From the NCBI GenBank assembly GCA_026026165.1, contig JAPEUD010000053.1, positions 1 through 64,000 on the forward strand: 64,000 bases of DNA, written 5' to 3'. This DNA comes from Sarea resinae (lineage: Eukaryota). Positions 48,152-61,415 of this stretch are shown here, in pieces. The notes beneath the pieces are model-generated. The model was given only the letters and a program-made list of their open reading frames with translations. It was not told the origin of the DNA and did not search any database. A program made the translations under genes and the position numbers. Each line of letters starts with the position of its first letter. The stretch's first letter is position 1.

Positions 48152-48464
48152 GGTCTGCGACTGCTATTGAAGGTAGACGGTGGGTAGGAGTCTTCTCGAA
48201 GTTCTGTCGTCGCTGGATCTGATCAAGTTCCTTCTTTCGTTGCGCTTCAATAGTAAACTGTGACATCGCCAACGGCAACTTCCGGTGCGACGAGTTTGAC
48301 CCTCTAGCAATAGATCCATATCAGTGAATTACTCCCCATCCCATCTTTGAAATCTCTCAACCTTCTACCTTCAAACATTCTGGGCATCTGTCCCTGTATA
48401 TAAGTCACAGATCTGATTTTATTCTTCTCGTCGGGAACGGACTTTCCTCTGGTCTGCTTTCAAC

Positions 48465-49220
48465 ATGTCTATCACACACCGGGCTCCGGCCGAGTTCGAT
48501 CCAGAGAAGGCAGATAATTTTGAAGATGTGCGCTCGCCTTAAGATGAAGCATAAGCCAGTGAATACTAATCCATGTTCTGTCAACAGATTGAGAAGCAAT
48601 TTGCCGTGAAAGGTCGGTCGCCCCATGCGATTCGTTGACTACCCCACCGGCAGATGCTGCCCCACCACCCCTCACTGATACTGATATCTCATGGTGCCCT
48701 CTAGTCGTTCAGCATATGTCCACGTACTGGGCCATCCTAGAGAAAGTGCGCGGCTCTCAACTGCGGCTTACGAAGATTGATGATGAAATCCATGAGCACT
48801 TCAAGAAAGAATTTCCCGAATTCGACCCAGCAGCGACAATAATCGAGGATGAGATGAAGAGCAAAGAAGGCAAGGAACGATGGCGCAACTTTATGAAACC
48901 ATATGAGAAGAGAGTGGACGACTACAATTTTGGCACCATGCTGAGAGCAAATCCCAAATGGGACTACGGGAAGGATGAAACTATCTTTGGTCGGTCCCTC
49001 CATTGCGTTGGCATTCGAGTACTCCTTAGAACTAACGTTAATGGGCACGAAAGCCGTACGAATGCAATTCTACGCAATCGAAATTGCTAGGTAGGTCACT
49101 GCTCTTAGAAAAGTTGAATAGTTGAATAGTTGAAGTCTGACATCTAGCAGGAATCGGGCGGGCCTCAACGACTGGATTTACGAGAAGGAGCATCCGGGGG
49201 ATGAGAAGAAGGGTAGCTAA
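48465..49220 (+). CDS. PBDC1/YPL225W-like protein (4 introns)
   Basis: ADNFED|IEKQFAVK|VVQH..LRLTKIDDEI..KERWRNF..DYNFGTMLR..IF|AVRMQFYAIEIAR|NRAGLND. Confidence 0.9.
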
Positions 49221-49820
49221 TGATCAGAAATTGCGAATTTCACATTATGATACAATCAATGCGATCAACGCAATCACTGGTAGATGGTCCATAGGACTCC
49301 CATCATGAGGCATGAGGCACGCGATAATGTTCTGCGTTGAACTTGCATTACCAGTATTGCAGTCTGCCGCTGGAAAGAGCTGGTCAGATTCTAATAAGCT
49401 AGAAGGCATCTTCTCTCGTCCGATCTCTCACTCTCGCATCAAACCAGGCCTTTCTAAGCTGTCACTCGTGAACTCACATTGTGTGGACTCTAACATGGAG
49501 AATCACAGCGCTCGCAAAGTTAGAAAGTCCTTGAACCATGACTTCACCGAAAAGATATTCAAGAGCATCTTTCACATCAATTTGCTAGCAGAACTACAGG
49601 AGTGAGCGTCATTAGGGCATTCACTCACCATCTTTTCTGGAAAACTACGGTGAAGCTCTTCAAGGCGATATGCTCTTAGGATCCTCTAGTGAATTGAACG
49701 CCGACAATAGCTTAAAGCTTATCACGGATCCACCTGTCCGATTCTTCTGCTCTCAGTCTATGAAGGCGAAATTTCATCTACCGAGCGACGTGGCATTCCG
49801 GTATATTGATCTTCGACGGC

Positions 49821-49981
49821 ATTGTGTTGTTGACTGGGTGGGCAGCTAACAATCATCAAAGAACAACGAACAATACTAAGTCACCACACAATATCTCCAG
49901 CGAAAGCCAAAGCCCCTCCAGTTGTCCGAAAAACTACTACATCATTGTTATACACGACTCACGATCTGTTTTTGTATTGTT
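49821..49981. promoter_or_regulatory. Cluster of HMG-box-type sites (AACAAT/ATTGTT, CACAAT) upstream of STE6
   Basis: Six sites at 49821, 49848, 49869, 49887, 49944, 49976. Confidence 0.45.
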
Positions 49982-50108
49982 GTTATCGATGATATCTTTC
50001 TTGCCGATATGTCTATGATTTATGCGATTTTTCATACTGCTGTTCCCTCTCATAAAGAAATACTCTACGACCATCTGGCTAGTGATCTGAAGTTTCATAG
50101 ACCAACTG

Positions 50109-53100
50109 ATGAGAAGAATGACAACGCCCGCTGAGTACTATGGTTCACCAGATAGCATTGCCAATATGAGTGAGAAGGATGCGCGAGTCGAAATGCAGGA
50201 AGATACTAAAGACGATGACCGGGATGCCGACGCAGACGACGGCAGGCTTGGACGAGCTCCGTGGCGATCTTTATTTTACTTTACCGCACGAAAGCATACA
50301 GTACATCTGATTTTTGCCGTTATCTTGTCCGTCGCCTCTGGAATCGTCGTTCCTGCGCTGGCGCTTTTTCTGGGAAAGATATTCAACGTCTTCACAACGT
50401 TCGGAGAGGGCACAATCAGCGGGTCTGCTTTGGTCAAGAAAGTCTCCACCTACTGCATTGAATTAGTTGGATTGGGCGCTGCGAGTTGGTTGTTGAATGG
50501 CGGATTCTTCTCCTTTTGGCTGGTATTTGGAGAGCTTCAAGCTAAGAGTGTCCGAGAAAGCTTATTCGATGGCATGGTGGAGAAGGATATGGAGTGGTAC
50601 GATTCAAGAAAACATGGTGTAGGGGCTTTGCTTCCCAGACTGCAGACGTAAGCTGTTATCATTGTACCCTCGTTGTGTGGGCACTGACAACGTTACAGGC
50701 AGATCCGCGAATTACAGATGGCGACATCCCAGCCATTTGGCTATCTTCTTCAGCACACTGTCACCATGCTCGCATCTCTTGGACTCGCCTTTTTCTACTC
50801 CTGGAAGCTTACGCTTGTGACCCTATCTTCTGTCCCAGTTTGTGCAGTTATACTGTCTTTGATTTCCACTAAAATGCAGCCCAGCATTGAAGCGCAGACT
50901 TCCAAGCTCATGGACGCTTCGAATGCTGCAAGCACCGCAATATCAGCCATTGACATGGTGAAATGCTACAACGGTCAGGATCATGAGGCCTGGCAATATA
51001 CGACAACCATCAAAGCAGCTGCGAAGAATTACCTAAAGCAAGCTCGAGTCAACGCATTACAGATGGGTTTTTTAAGGCTCATCTCTCTAGGAATGTTCGT
51101 TCAAGGGTTTTGGTATGGCAGTACCTTGGTCGGGCCTGGAAAGAGCTCTCCGGGGCATATTTTGACGACTTTCTGGGCCTGTTTGGTGGCGACTCAGGCG
51201 ATTGAGGACATACTGCCGGAAATTATTGTACTTGAGAAGGGGAGAGCCGCCGGTGCTGCCTTGAAGAGGACGGTCGAGCGGATAGAGAGCGAGAACGTTG
51301 TCTCCGCACGGAAAGGATTAATTATTCCCGGGCATTGCCCTGGAGACGTTGATATCAGACATGTGAGTCGTAGAATCGCATGAAGAGGGATCCGGACACC
51401 AGTTGCTGATTTTTAGTAGATATCTTTTGCATATCCAGGTCGTCCTGAACAGATGGCTTTGCAAGATACGAGCTTCTATTTTCCCGCTGGGGAGACTACT
51501 TTCGTCATTGGCAGAAGTGGCTCTGGTAAAAGCACCCTTGGTAGCCTCCTAATGCGCTTTTATGATGTTCCTCAGGGAGACATACTCATCGACGGTAGAT
51601 CCCTGCAGACGCTCGACATGGACTGGGTTCGAACAAATATCACACTTGTGCAACAGCATTGTGCGCTCTTCAACGAATCAATCCAGCAGAATATCTCTCT
51701 TGGTCACAAAGACGATCCTACCGTTGGCATAGCGGAAATCAAGGATGTTATCAGCTTCTCTCTTCTACAAAGTACAGTCAATGATTTACCTGAAGGACTT
51801 GAGACAGTCGCCGGCTCAGGTGGTGCGTCATTAAGTGGAGGACAGCGACAGAGGGTTGCTTTAGCACGCGCTAAATTGAGAGATTCCCCGATCCTAATAC
51901 TAGATGAAGCTACAAGCGCTCTAGATTACATTACGCGATCTCTGGTCATGGATGCAATCCGAGAGTGGCGGCAAGGAAAGACTACCATAATCATCACGCA
52001 CGACACCTCAGAAATCCATGAGGACGATTACGTCTATGTTCTAGAAGGGGGAAAAGTGGCGCAAGAAGGGTATCGCAATGTTGTGCAGCAACACGCCTGT
52101 GGCCCCTTCTCGTCCGCAAGTCCCTCGAATCCGGCCCCCGATGGCCGAACATGGAGAGAAAAGGAGGTCGGCATTGCAGGCTTCAAGCCACAGCACCGTT
52201 CGCAGTCCGTGGACGCCCTCAGACGGTCATCAATGGCGTCACTGGAATCACAAGATTCGTTGGACATACAATTTGCCCGAAGTAGGCGGACTTCCTATAT
52301 ACCTAGGGTCTTCATTGACACGATGAACGTACAACCTTCTCGACGTTCTTCACTGGGCTTGATTTCGCCTCTTTCACCAATGACCCCACATGGCCTGGCC
52401 AGATCGTTGCCTCGAGACGAGCGATCGAGATCAAGATCGAAATCGAAATCGAGGTCGGTTCGATGGTCTCTGCAACAGGCACCGAGTATGATATCAGCTC
52501 GGCGACTATCGAGACCATTTGATACCGCCCATACGGCAAGTCAGGGCATAGAGATGCTGGAAATCAGCCGAAATCCATCAGTAGATCGCCGACTCAAATC
52601 TCCTGGTATTACGAGGAGATACTCGACAACAGCCTTACCAACGCTGAGTGTGCCGGATACTCCGCTACCGCTGAGGCAAAAGCTGCACATCATGCGAAAG
52701 CGCAACCGAGCGGCAGAAAACTTCAAAGGGCCCACAGTCGCCTCCCTGAAAGATATACTCGGAACGCTTTGGCCGACCCTTCCCAAAAAGGATCGAATTC
52801 TTCTCGTCGCGGCCTTCACATGTGCCGCCATCCACGCCGCTGCTACGCCTGTCTTCTCCTGGGTCTTCTCCAAGCTCCTCGCCACCTTTTATGCCCCCAG
52901 TGGCGAGCGATCTGAACAAGCCCTCAAATGGTCTTTATCCGTACTAGCGGTGGCAGCAGGGGATGCTGGCGCCTCTTACTGGATGCACTATCTGCTCGAA
53001 CACTGCGGGCAGCATTGGGTCGATAGTCTGCGCACCACAGCTTTCAAACGCATCCTCGACCAACCTCTTGCCTTCTTTGACAAGGAGAAAAACAGCGTCT

Positions 53101-54484
53101 CGCGCTTGACGGAGGGCCTAGACCGCCACGCGGAAGAAATGCGGAATCTCGTTGGCAGATTCGCTGGCCTCGTATTCGTGGCTGTCCTGATGATGACGAT
53201 AGCCATTATTTGGAGTCTTCTTGTGTGCTGGAAATTGACTCTAGTGGGCCTAGCCGTTGCGCCGTTCATGTACGCTATCACCAGGGGGTTTGAGGGGACC
53301 AGTGGTAAATGGGAGAATAGAAGCAACGAGGCGGGCGAGAAGGCTTCGGCCATCTTCACGGAAACATTCAAGAACATCAGCACCGTGAAGGCTTTTACGC
53401 TGGAAGGGTATTTTCGAAGTAAATATGTCAAGGCGACTGAGCAGGCATTAGGGGTGGGGTTTAAGAGAAGTGCCTGGTCTGGACTGTTCTACGGGCTCTC
53501 AGACTCTGCAATGGTGTTTGTGACTGGTAGGTTCTATCCTGTGCTATTTATTGTGCCTTGTCTTTCCTTTTCTGCTCAAGGGAAAATCATGAGTATAACC
53601 ACTGACTTTTACTTACAGCACTCATATTCTATTATGGTGCAACTCTGATCTCATCTGGAGCCTTTTCAATCGGCGATATCCTTCTCGTCTTCAACATGCT
53701 CCTTTTTAGTATTGGCAATGCAAACGCCATTGTCGCTTTCAGTACGTCCTGCTTACCGTTCATGTTGTCTCTCAATTCGGATTCCATACTTATATCTTCG
53801 TTCTAGTCCCTCAGATCAACTCTTCCCGTGACACGGCCACCCGCCTCCTCCGTCTAGCGCAACTCTCTTCCTACTCACACGAGACCACCGGGGCTCATCG
53901 TCTGTCTAATCCGCTCCCCATCACCCTCTCCAACGCTTCCTTCACCTATCCGTCCCGCCCGCTCGCCCCAATCCTCTCTCATCTATCGTTGACCATCCAC
54001 GAGGGCTCCATCACTGCCATCGTTGGCTCCTCGGGGTCGGGGAAGTCGACACTGGCTAGCTTACTACTCAATCTGTATCCAGCCACGGCCTCGTCCACTA
54101 CCACCCCCTCCCTCCTCACAGCTCACCACGGGCGAGAACACGAACACGAACACACATCACCGATCTCCCTGACCCGCTCACAGATCCCAATCGCCAGCAT
54201 CCACACGGCTACGTTACGAAACCTCATCTTGCTCGTCCCGCAACACGCCACGCTCCTCCCCGCCTCGCTCGCCGAAAACATCGCCTACGGACTCCCCGAG
54301 CACTCGCCCCTGAGATCGCGCGGCCACATCCACCACGCCGCACGGCTAGCCGATCTCGGCGATCTAGCGCTGAGTCTGCCCCAAGGATACGACACCATGC
54401 TCGCGCCTTCAGCCGCAGCCGGTGGAGCAGGAGGCGGAGGCACCGGTGGTAGTGCTGGTAGTGCCAGTGGTGAAAGCGCCAGCG

Positions 54485-54530
<46 letters not shown>

Positions 54531-55092
54531 ATTCCCGCCCCGCTCGACCGCCGCCGGTGCCGCTGCCGCCGCTGCCCCCAAGGCAAAGCCACACCCGAAA
54601 CGCCACGCCGGCATCTCGCTGTCCGGCGGGCAAATGACGCGTCTCTCGCTCGCGCGCGCCCTTCTGCGGCGCCCGAAATTGCTCATCCTCGACGAGGCCA
54701 CCGCGTCCTTGGATGCGCATACGACGGGCACGATCCTGGCCACGCTCCGGCGCCTGGTCGAGTGCGGCGAGGTGGGCGCCGTGCTGGCGATCACGCATCA
54801 GCGGCTCGTCGTCGGCGCCGCGGACCATGTCGTTGTGCTCGGTAAGGAGGATGAGGAGGACGAGGGCCATGAAGGCGAAGGCGAAGGCGAAGGCGGCGCT
54901 GGTGGTGGTGCTAGGGTAGTGGGCGAGTTGGTCAGGGGGAGGCCCCAGAGCGTGCGGGATAGAGACAGAGATAGGGGCAGGCGGACCGGAAGGGGGAGAA
55001 GGGGTGCCGGACCGTCGAGGGCCGATGACGTCGTTGCTGAGAATGACTTGGTTGTGGCCTCGCTCATCGAGAGACTGGTCGGGCTGGAGTGA
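50109..55092 (+). CDS. STE6: Full-length ABCB transporter, a-factor pheromone exporter type (introns 50648-50698, 51363-51419, 53527-53618, 53742-53806)
   Basis: TMD-NBD-TMD-NBD; GRSGSGKST / LSGGQRQR / ILDEATSALD and GSSGSGKST / LSGGQ; WLVFGELQAKSVR and LDRHAEEMRNLVGRF blocks typical of the fungal Ste6 subfamily. Confidence 0.85.
54487..54528 (+). repeat. (AAC)14 coding microsatellite, poly-Asn in STE6 NBD2
   Basis: Direct reading. Confidence 0.95.
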
Positions 55093-57144
55093 TGTGGAAT
55101 TGAGCTCTTTTTTTCTTTGATCTCTTTTTTTTGGTCTCTTTTGTGGGGGGGGGGGGGTTTCCTTGCGGTGGCGGCGGAGGAGTCGGCGGGAGGCGGAAGG
55201 CGATAGTGGTGTTTCGCGAAACTCCCTTCCCACCCCATGATCTTGATTTATTCTGGTTCAAAATCTTATATGTCATACTCGCGCGCTTTACTTGGTCGGT
55301 TGGTCAGTCAGTTGGTCAGTTATTTAGTTGGTCAGTTAGCCACACACATATATATATATATCTTCACGACGAGCCAGGAGGCCGAGCCAGGTCGGCCTTT
55401 TACCTCAATTCAATTCCATTCAGTCTCTTTCCTTTTCCTTTTCTTCACACGAGGTATTGGAATTCGTTCCTAGGCACCGTATACAGTATCCAGTATGCTA
55501 TACAAACTCTCTCTCTCTCTCTATGAACCTCTTTACCAGGTCCGGCTGGCCACACGGTTTGGACGGGGGGACAGAGTATAGTGAAGCGCGTCCCGCGCGC
55601 GGACTTGGGCCCCCCCCTCAGCCTAAGCTATATGTATGCATATATAGCTTCGACGGCTGTGAGTACGGCAACACCTTATTTAGATCGTGTTTACAGAGTA
55701 CGGAACGGAGTACTCGTAGGCTTCTATGCACGCACAATAGAAAGTCTGTCGATGATGTATGATGAATGATGGAGGTATGACGACGATTAAGATCGAGATC
55801 GAGTGGTCTGGTGGGTAGTGGGCGGGGGAGAAACATGCCGGAACGCGTTGCCAGGGCTTTCTCTTGTTGCAGCTGAGCAGGACGGATTGTGAAGAGAGAT
55901 AGAGAGGGGAGGTGGAGAAATCGGTTTCGCATCTACTTTCTTGCATTGAAAGAGCTATGAGATCAAGTCCGGAAAACCAAAAAGAATAATGCTGACTGAT
56001 ACGAGAGGAAATGCCATTGGAACTTTTGGCAGCAGGTGTGAAGCAGCCGAGGTAAGTCGTTGGCACGACGTATGCAGACAGCGGCGGCAGAACAAACGTC
56101 GGATGGTCGAAGGAGGGGGAAACATCGAGCAGAAATTCAAACCGCGGGAGAGAATAGTGGAGGTCGCCCCAGGAGGACCCCGAGAACGCTGTCGATTGGT
56201 CCAGCCCGATCACCGCCACTGGGCGCGGCCTATATGCTGATAGTTACCTACAACAAGCCGGTCACAAGAGGTCGTTCCATGGCTCTTTTGAAGTTTGAAT
56301 GTTTGCAAATTCCGGGTTCTCTTTTTTGGAGGTTCTCACGACTGATTATTTCTTTTCCACAAAGACAGCCACCGTTGGTCCTCAGTCTGCGCCTATCGTC
56401 TCCAGATTCGTCTCTCCGATTAGCTGGGGCTGGCCTTTCTGGATTCGCTTCATTTCGCAGGTGTTTTGATCGTTCCGATCCTGATGCTGCCGGAAACCTG
56501 GGCGCCCACCGTTTTCCAGGGGCGAAACTTCACCGCATCGACGGCCGAGATGATTCGACCGCCACTGGAGCTGGAGGAGAAGGGTTCAAAAGAGATGGTA
56601 ACAGAGATGCTAGTGCGGCATTTACCTATGACTGTCCTTGAGCTCATGGTCACATTAAAATGCTCTATCTGTCATGTGCTGCTGCGATATGTAAGTGGCC
56701 CTCTGAGCCTAAATGTCGATGCCTTTGGGTCTGTGCTAACGGTGGAAAGTCTTGTCGTTCGAGATCTATCCTCTCATCTTTCAGGACATCTAGCACATGA
56801 GTGCCAGAGTGTCGGGGCCGTCTTGCCTTTGGCGGCCCGACCGATGTTTGGCAAGATGGGCGTGAGCTAGACGTGCAGCATGCTTGGGTTCGTGAGTCTG
56901 GGCCATGAGTGCTTTGCCGTTTGTCTTTATCCGATACGAAGATCGAATCGGAGAGAGAAGTGTTTTCCGTCAGCTGTCGAGAGACAAGAACAGGTCGATA
57001 GGTTGGGAGAAGAGTATCTCATCCAGAATTGGGATTTTCATCTTCGAACTGCGATTCAGCAGATTGATCGATTGGATGGATACGTCAATAATAGACTGAG
57101 TTTCAGATATGGAAGTGGTTGATTGATTGTTGTAGTTTGTCGAC

Positions 57145-57147
<3 letters not shown>

Positions 57148-57193
<46 letters not shown>
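57148..57193. repeat. (CAT)~15 intergenic microsatellite
   Basis: Direct reading. Confidence 0.95.
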
Positions 57194-57194
<1 letters not shown>

Positions 57195-59798
57195 CAGTCA
57201 CAATTGTGCAAGTAGCTTGCCCTGAACAGTCCCAGCCGATGAAAAGCTTCGGTTGCTTGGCCCAGGAGGAATCATCTCTCGCAATCTGCCTCGTGTCTCG
57301 GGTGCCCTTGGCCTGAAGGCAAGCAGCTTTTCTGCAGTAGAAGCTTTTGAAGAGATCAGTACCAAGGTCAGTCGCGTAAAGTCTTGTGTTTATATCTCCA
57401 TGGTTCGCCCACTATTCCCCGCCGCTGCACGATGAATAAAGCGGTAAGTAGCCCTGCAGCTCTATCCTCACCAACCAGTCTCAGCACTCTGTGACTGAGC
57501 TCAGGCTTGAGTCGTTACCAGCGTGATCTTTGGACATGACGCAACGGACGCGAGCAACGTACGACGTGGTCAAACAATCTCCAAGAGCGAAAACGGTTGA
57601 AATTAAAGAAGTTAGTTGATGAGGCGGGATTCTGGGCTGGTGCTGTATTGCCCGAACAACCAGATTTGATGTCGGCGATCGATGCTGCTGGTGTGTACTA
57701 CTCTGGACGGTCGGGGCGGTGATTATCAGCGCAATCAGCGCAATCAGCACCATATGCAATATCAGATCCTTGCTGGCTTGGCTGCTGGCTATCTATCGGT
57801 ATATCTGTTGGAGTCGTCTTGCCAACGGCAGAGTACTTCATACAGTAGTAGTAGTCGCAGTACGATGTACGCCTTACTGCACAGTACTCTAAGGTAATTC
57901 ATAAGGTACGTACTACGTAGTAAGTAGCTCAGGTGCTTCATGGTTGTTCCATTACCTGACGGAGGAGACTGCGCAGTATCCGCACATTAGGTAGCGAAGG
58001 AGGGAGAGAGAGAGTGTGTGTGTGCTTAAAATAGTAATGTTGCTGCGGCTTGGCGATTCATACCTTACGTTCAGTCAATATCCAACGGGTCGGGCTAGAG
58101 AGAGAGGGTGTGTGTGTGGGTGCTAGAGAGCAGACAGGCTTTCAGGGTGCAGTGCACCATCCAGCGTGCAGCATCCAGCGTGCAGCATCCAGCACGGCCG
58201 GGTGGCATCGGGGTCGTACCGGTACTTGGCCGGTGAGGTGCTGCCCTGGCCCTGATCTGGCCCTGGATCGGGGTCCTTGGTAGTGGTGAAACGAGTGCCG
58301 AGTGCAATCAATGGAAGTCCTGAGAGCATAGCACTCCAGCGTACGCAGTGTACGGAGTACACGACCGAGGAGGCACGGTTGGATCGGAACCGGCAATTGC
58401 TGAATTTACGACTACATAGTATTCGATCCTCTGGACGATGGGTGCGCCGGAGTGCAGGGGAGCGAGCATCTCTGCCATTGCCTGTGACGGCGATGGCTGT
58501 GGCTGATACCCTCCGTCGCGGCTTCTATTTCGGGTTCGAGTTCCGAGTTGCGTGCGGATCAAGTTGAAACAGTAGAGTACGAGTGCCCACGTACGGGCAG
58601 ATAAAGAACTTGAGAGATAGGAACGCGGATCGGAAGAGCACGAGGAAGAACAAGAACCTGCACCGCAGTCAGGAGCAGAGATATCGATACGAGGAAACTG
58701 CCTTTGTTTCTGACTCCCGTGTCAGACGGAGGCTGGAAGGCCAGGCGGCGTCGTATTATCCCGCAGTGATCTCTCCGATTGCCCTTGACGGTTCATTGGC
58801 TGTAGATTGACACCCGCCATTGTTCCCTCGTGAGATCTACTGCGACTGAGTACCTACCGAACAACAGGAACAACAACAACAAGCCGAACAATGAGTAGAA
58901 AAGGTTCAATGACAGGACCGGATGCAGCAGGTCATCGTGCTGGTGGTGGTGGTGGTGGTGGTAGTGGTGTCGTAGAGGAGGTACCGGTACTTGCGTCGTA
59001 TGTTGGCAGAGGCCACTACCCCCAACACGGTCTAGAGCGGCACTTGGGAGCAGCCGCTACTGCGCAGTAGGAGCGGCTGAGCCACGTTGAGCCCCGAGAG
59101 GGACAAGACGGACAAGAGGGACAGGACGGCGACGAGACACGAGAGGTCGAGAGACGCGAGAACGGATCAAGGAAACCGAATGGAGAGAATCCCTGAAAGC
59201 AATCTGGAACTTGCCTCGTCGACGAGTCCGTCGACTAGTCGGGGGCCTGGAAGATGCTCTCGTTACTCTCGTTACTCTCGTTACCAGCTCTTTGCTTACA
59301 TCAAGTGTGGAAGATTCGTACTAGACGCTTGCCATCCTCCCCCCCCCCAGTACTCTACCTTACTCCGGAGTACACGCAACGCTGCTCCCACTATTGATGA
59401 TCCGAGCACTTTCCTGCTTCACCTCCGATCTCTGTAATCACATCCTCCCCAAACCACCCATCTATCCCCCCGTTCTCTATACGAGTCTTCTTTGGCTGTG
59501 TTGTTCGTCGTTGGACCAAGACTCCCAGATACGATACGACCGCTGGTTCGCTGGTGGGACAATCCCGATAAGACATTTCCGCTGCCTTGCGTGGCTGCCA
59601 ACTTCTTCTCATCCCCAATACCCCATCGAAAACGGAGAATTCGCATAACCGTCCTACTGCAAGAGCCTTCACACTTGTCCAGCTCGATCAGAGAAGGGGA
59701 ATCACACAAGAGTGGCTGCTCAAGACAGCATCCGGCGCTGACGGCCAAAGCCCAAAGTCTCGCCTTCAGGCCGGCCTGATTGAGGCCTCATAGACACC

Positions 59799-61415
59799 AT
59801 GTGGTTGCCGTATCGTGTCAGCGACTTGCACTCGAGCTCACCAATTCTCCCTCGGAGTGGTTCCGGCCACAGCAACTCGGGTCTTGTCATCGTGAGCTTC
59901 TTCGAAACGATGTGTTAATATACAATTGCTGATATGTAATGGCAGGGCCTGGTTTTTGCTATCATCGGAGTCATCGTCATCCTTGCCGTGATCGTCACCT
60001 TTATCTTGCACAAGAGATTATCGAAGAACCGTCCAAATCGTCAGAATCGTACTCCTTTCTGGAAAAACTTAGGACAGAAGATAATTCCACGCTTCAATTA
60101 CTCGCGAGCTCCCAATGGCGGTTCTGATTCTACCGGTGGCAACGGATCAAGTGCAGCGCCGGCTGCAAATGCGAGGACAGCAGCGCAAATGGAGGAGGGC
60201 GTCAACCGACACACTTCGATTAGATCCATCATGACCCTGCCGTCTTATGCTCCGGCACCACGTCCTACTGAGCGTGTCCTCGGCCGAGAAGGCGAGAGAG
60301 CTGGCATTGATGTGGTTGTTGAATTCCCCGAGACAGCAGACGAGGAGGAAGAACGTCGAGATGAGGAGATGGAGTCGCTATACCAAATTCGCCTCGCTCG
60401 ACGGAATGAGGCCGCCGCCCGCGAGGAACAAAGAAGGCAACGCAGAGAAGGCCAACGGCGAGGAGAGAGCCCGGTAACAAATACCGTCAACCCACGGGCA
60501 CTGAGAGGAACTCCGGGCAACCCCAGAAATGCGCCACCATCGGCGAGCGCCGTCAGCCTTAGTGCCTCGCTGGCCCAAGAACATACAGCGAAAAAGAGGG
60601 ATCGCCGCATCTCGACGGTCAACTACGCTGCTCTCGGTCTGGCACGGCACGACGGCACTCGTCTGAGGGCCGACTCGGCCGAATCCCAGATGCCTTTGCT
60701 GGGCTCGGCCGTGTCGTTGACGGGACGGGGCAGGAGTGATACTGGCACTCGCAGTCGAAGCGACTCGGGATTTACCACTCGTCACCACCGTGATCAGTCC
60801 GCTACGTCCATGGCATCGCTTTCCACGACCAATTCCAACGAACGCCCTCCACAGACTCAAGAATCCGGCGCTGGTGACTTCGAGGTTATCAATCTGCAGA
60901 ACGAAAGCTCCAATTCGAGTTCAAATCCTTTGACGCCATCTGCAACCCAGGACACGGTCTCGTCGTCTTCGAGTACTAGAAGTGGTGAGGTGCCGGTAGA
61001 TGGCCGCATGTCTGCTCCCCCAGAGTATGAGAACCTCGGCTGGGAGGAGGCCCCGCCGTACGAGGGTCCTGCCTCTGCATCTCGCCACGTCTCTGCATCG
61101 GCGCCTCAGTTGCCAGCATTGACAGTCTTACCCGATATCCGGATCACGGCCACGAGTCCAACCCCGACGAGCTCTGTACCGCCCACTCCCCTTATTGGAT
61201 CTCAGAGCAGCGAGGCAGAGAATGATGTAGCGAACAGGGAGACAGCACCAGAGAGAGGGGCTGAAGCCGAGAGGGAGGAAGGGTCGCAAGCGGCAGAGAG
61301 TGAGGAACGGGGAGTCGCCAGAGAGGGGGAGAATTCAGCTTCTCATGAGCCAGAGACCGAGCCGCCAACAGTAAGCTCGAACGAAGAGCATCCAACGCAG
61401 CAAGCTCAGGCATGA
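59799..61415 (+). CDS. Single-pass membrane protein with PY motifs (intron 59892-59945)
   Basis: 31-codon exon 1 splices in frame, creating TM LVIGLVFAIIGVIVILAVIVTFIL; RHTSIRSIMTLPSY..LGREGERAGIDVVVEFPET; PPEY, PPPY. Confidence 0.85.

Noticed and set aside
49240..49305. Minus-strand CIIM-stop (CAAX) divergent from STE6, a possible a-factor precursor
   Set aside because: In-frame TGA at 49303-05 with no ATG in between; charged residues next to the Cys; lies in the PBDC1 3' UTR. Would need an unseen intron
57119..57316. ORF with poly-Ile hydrophobic stretch
   Set aside because: Artefact of the (CAT)n microsatellite; non-ATG start
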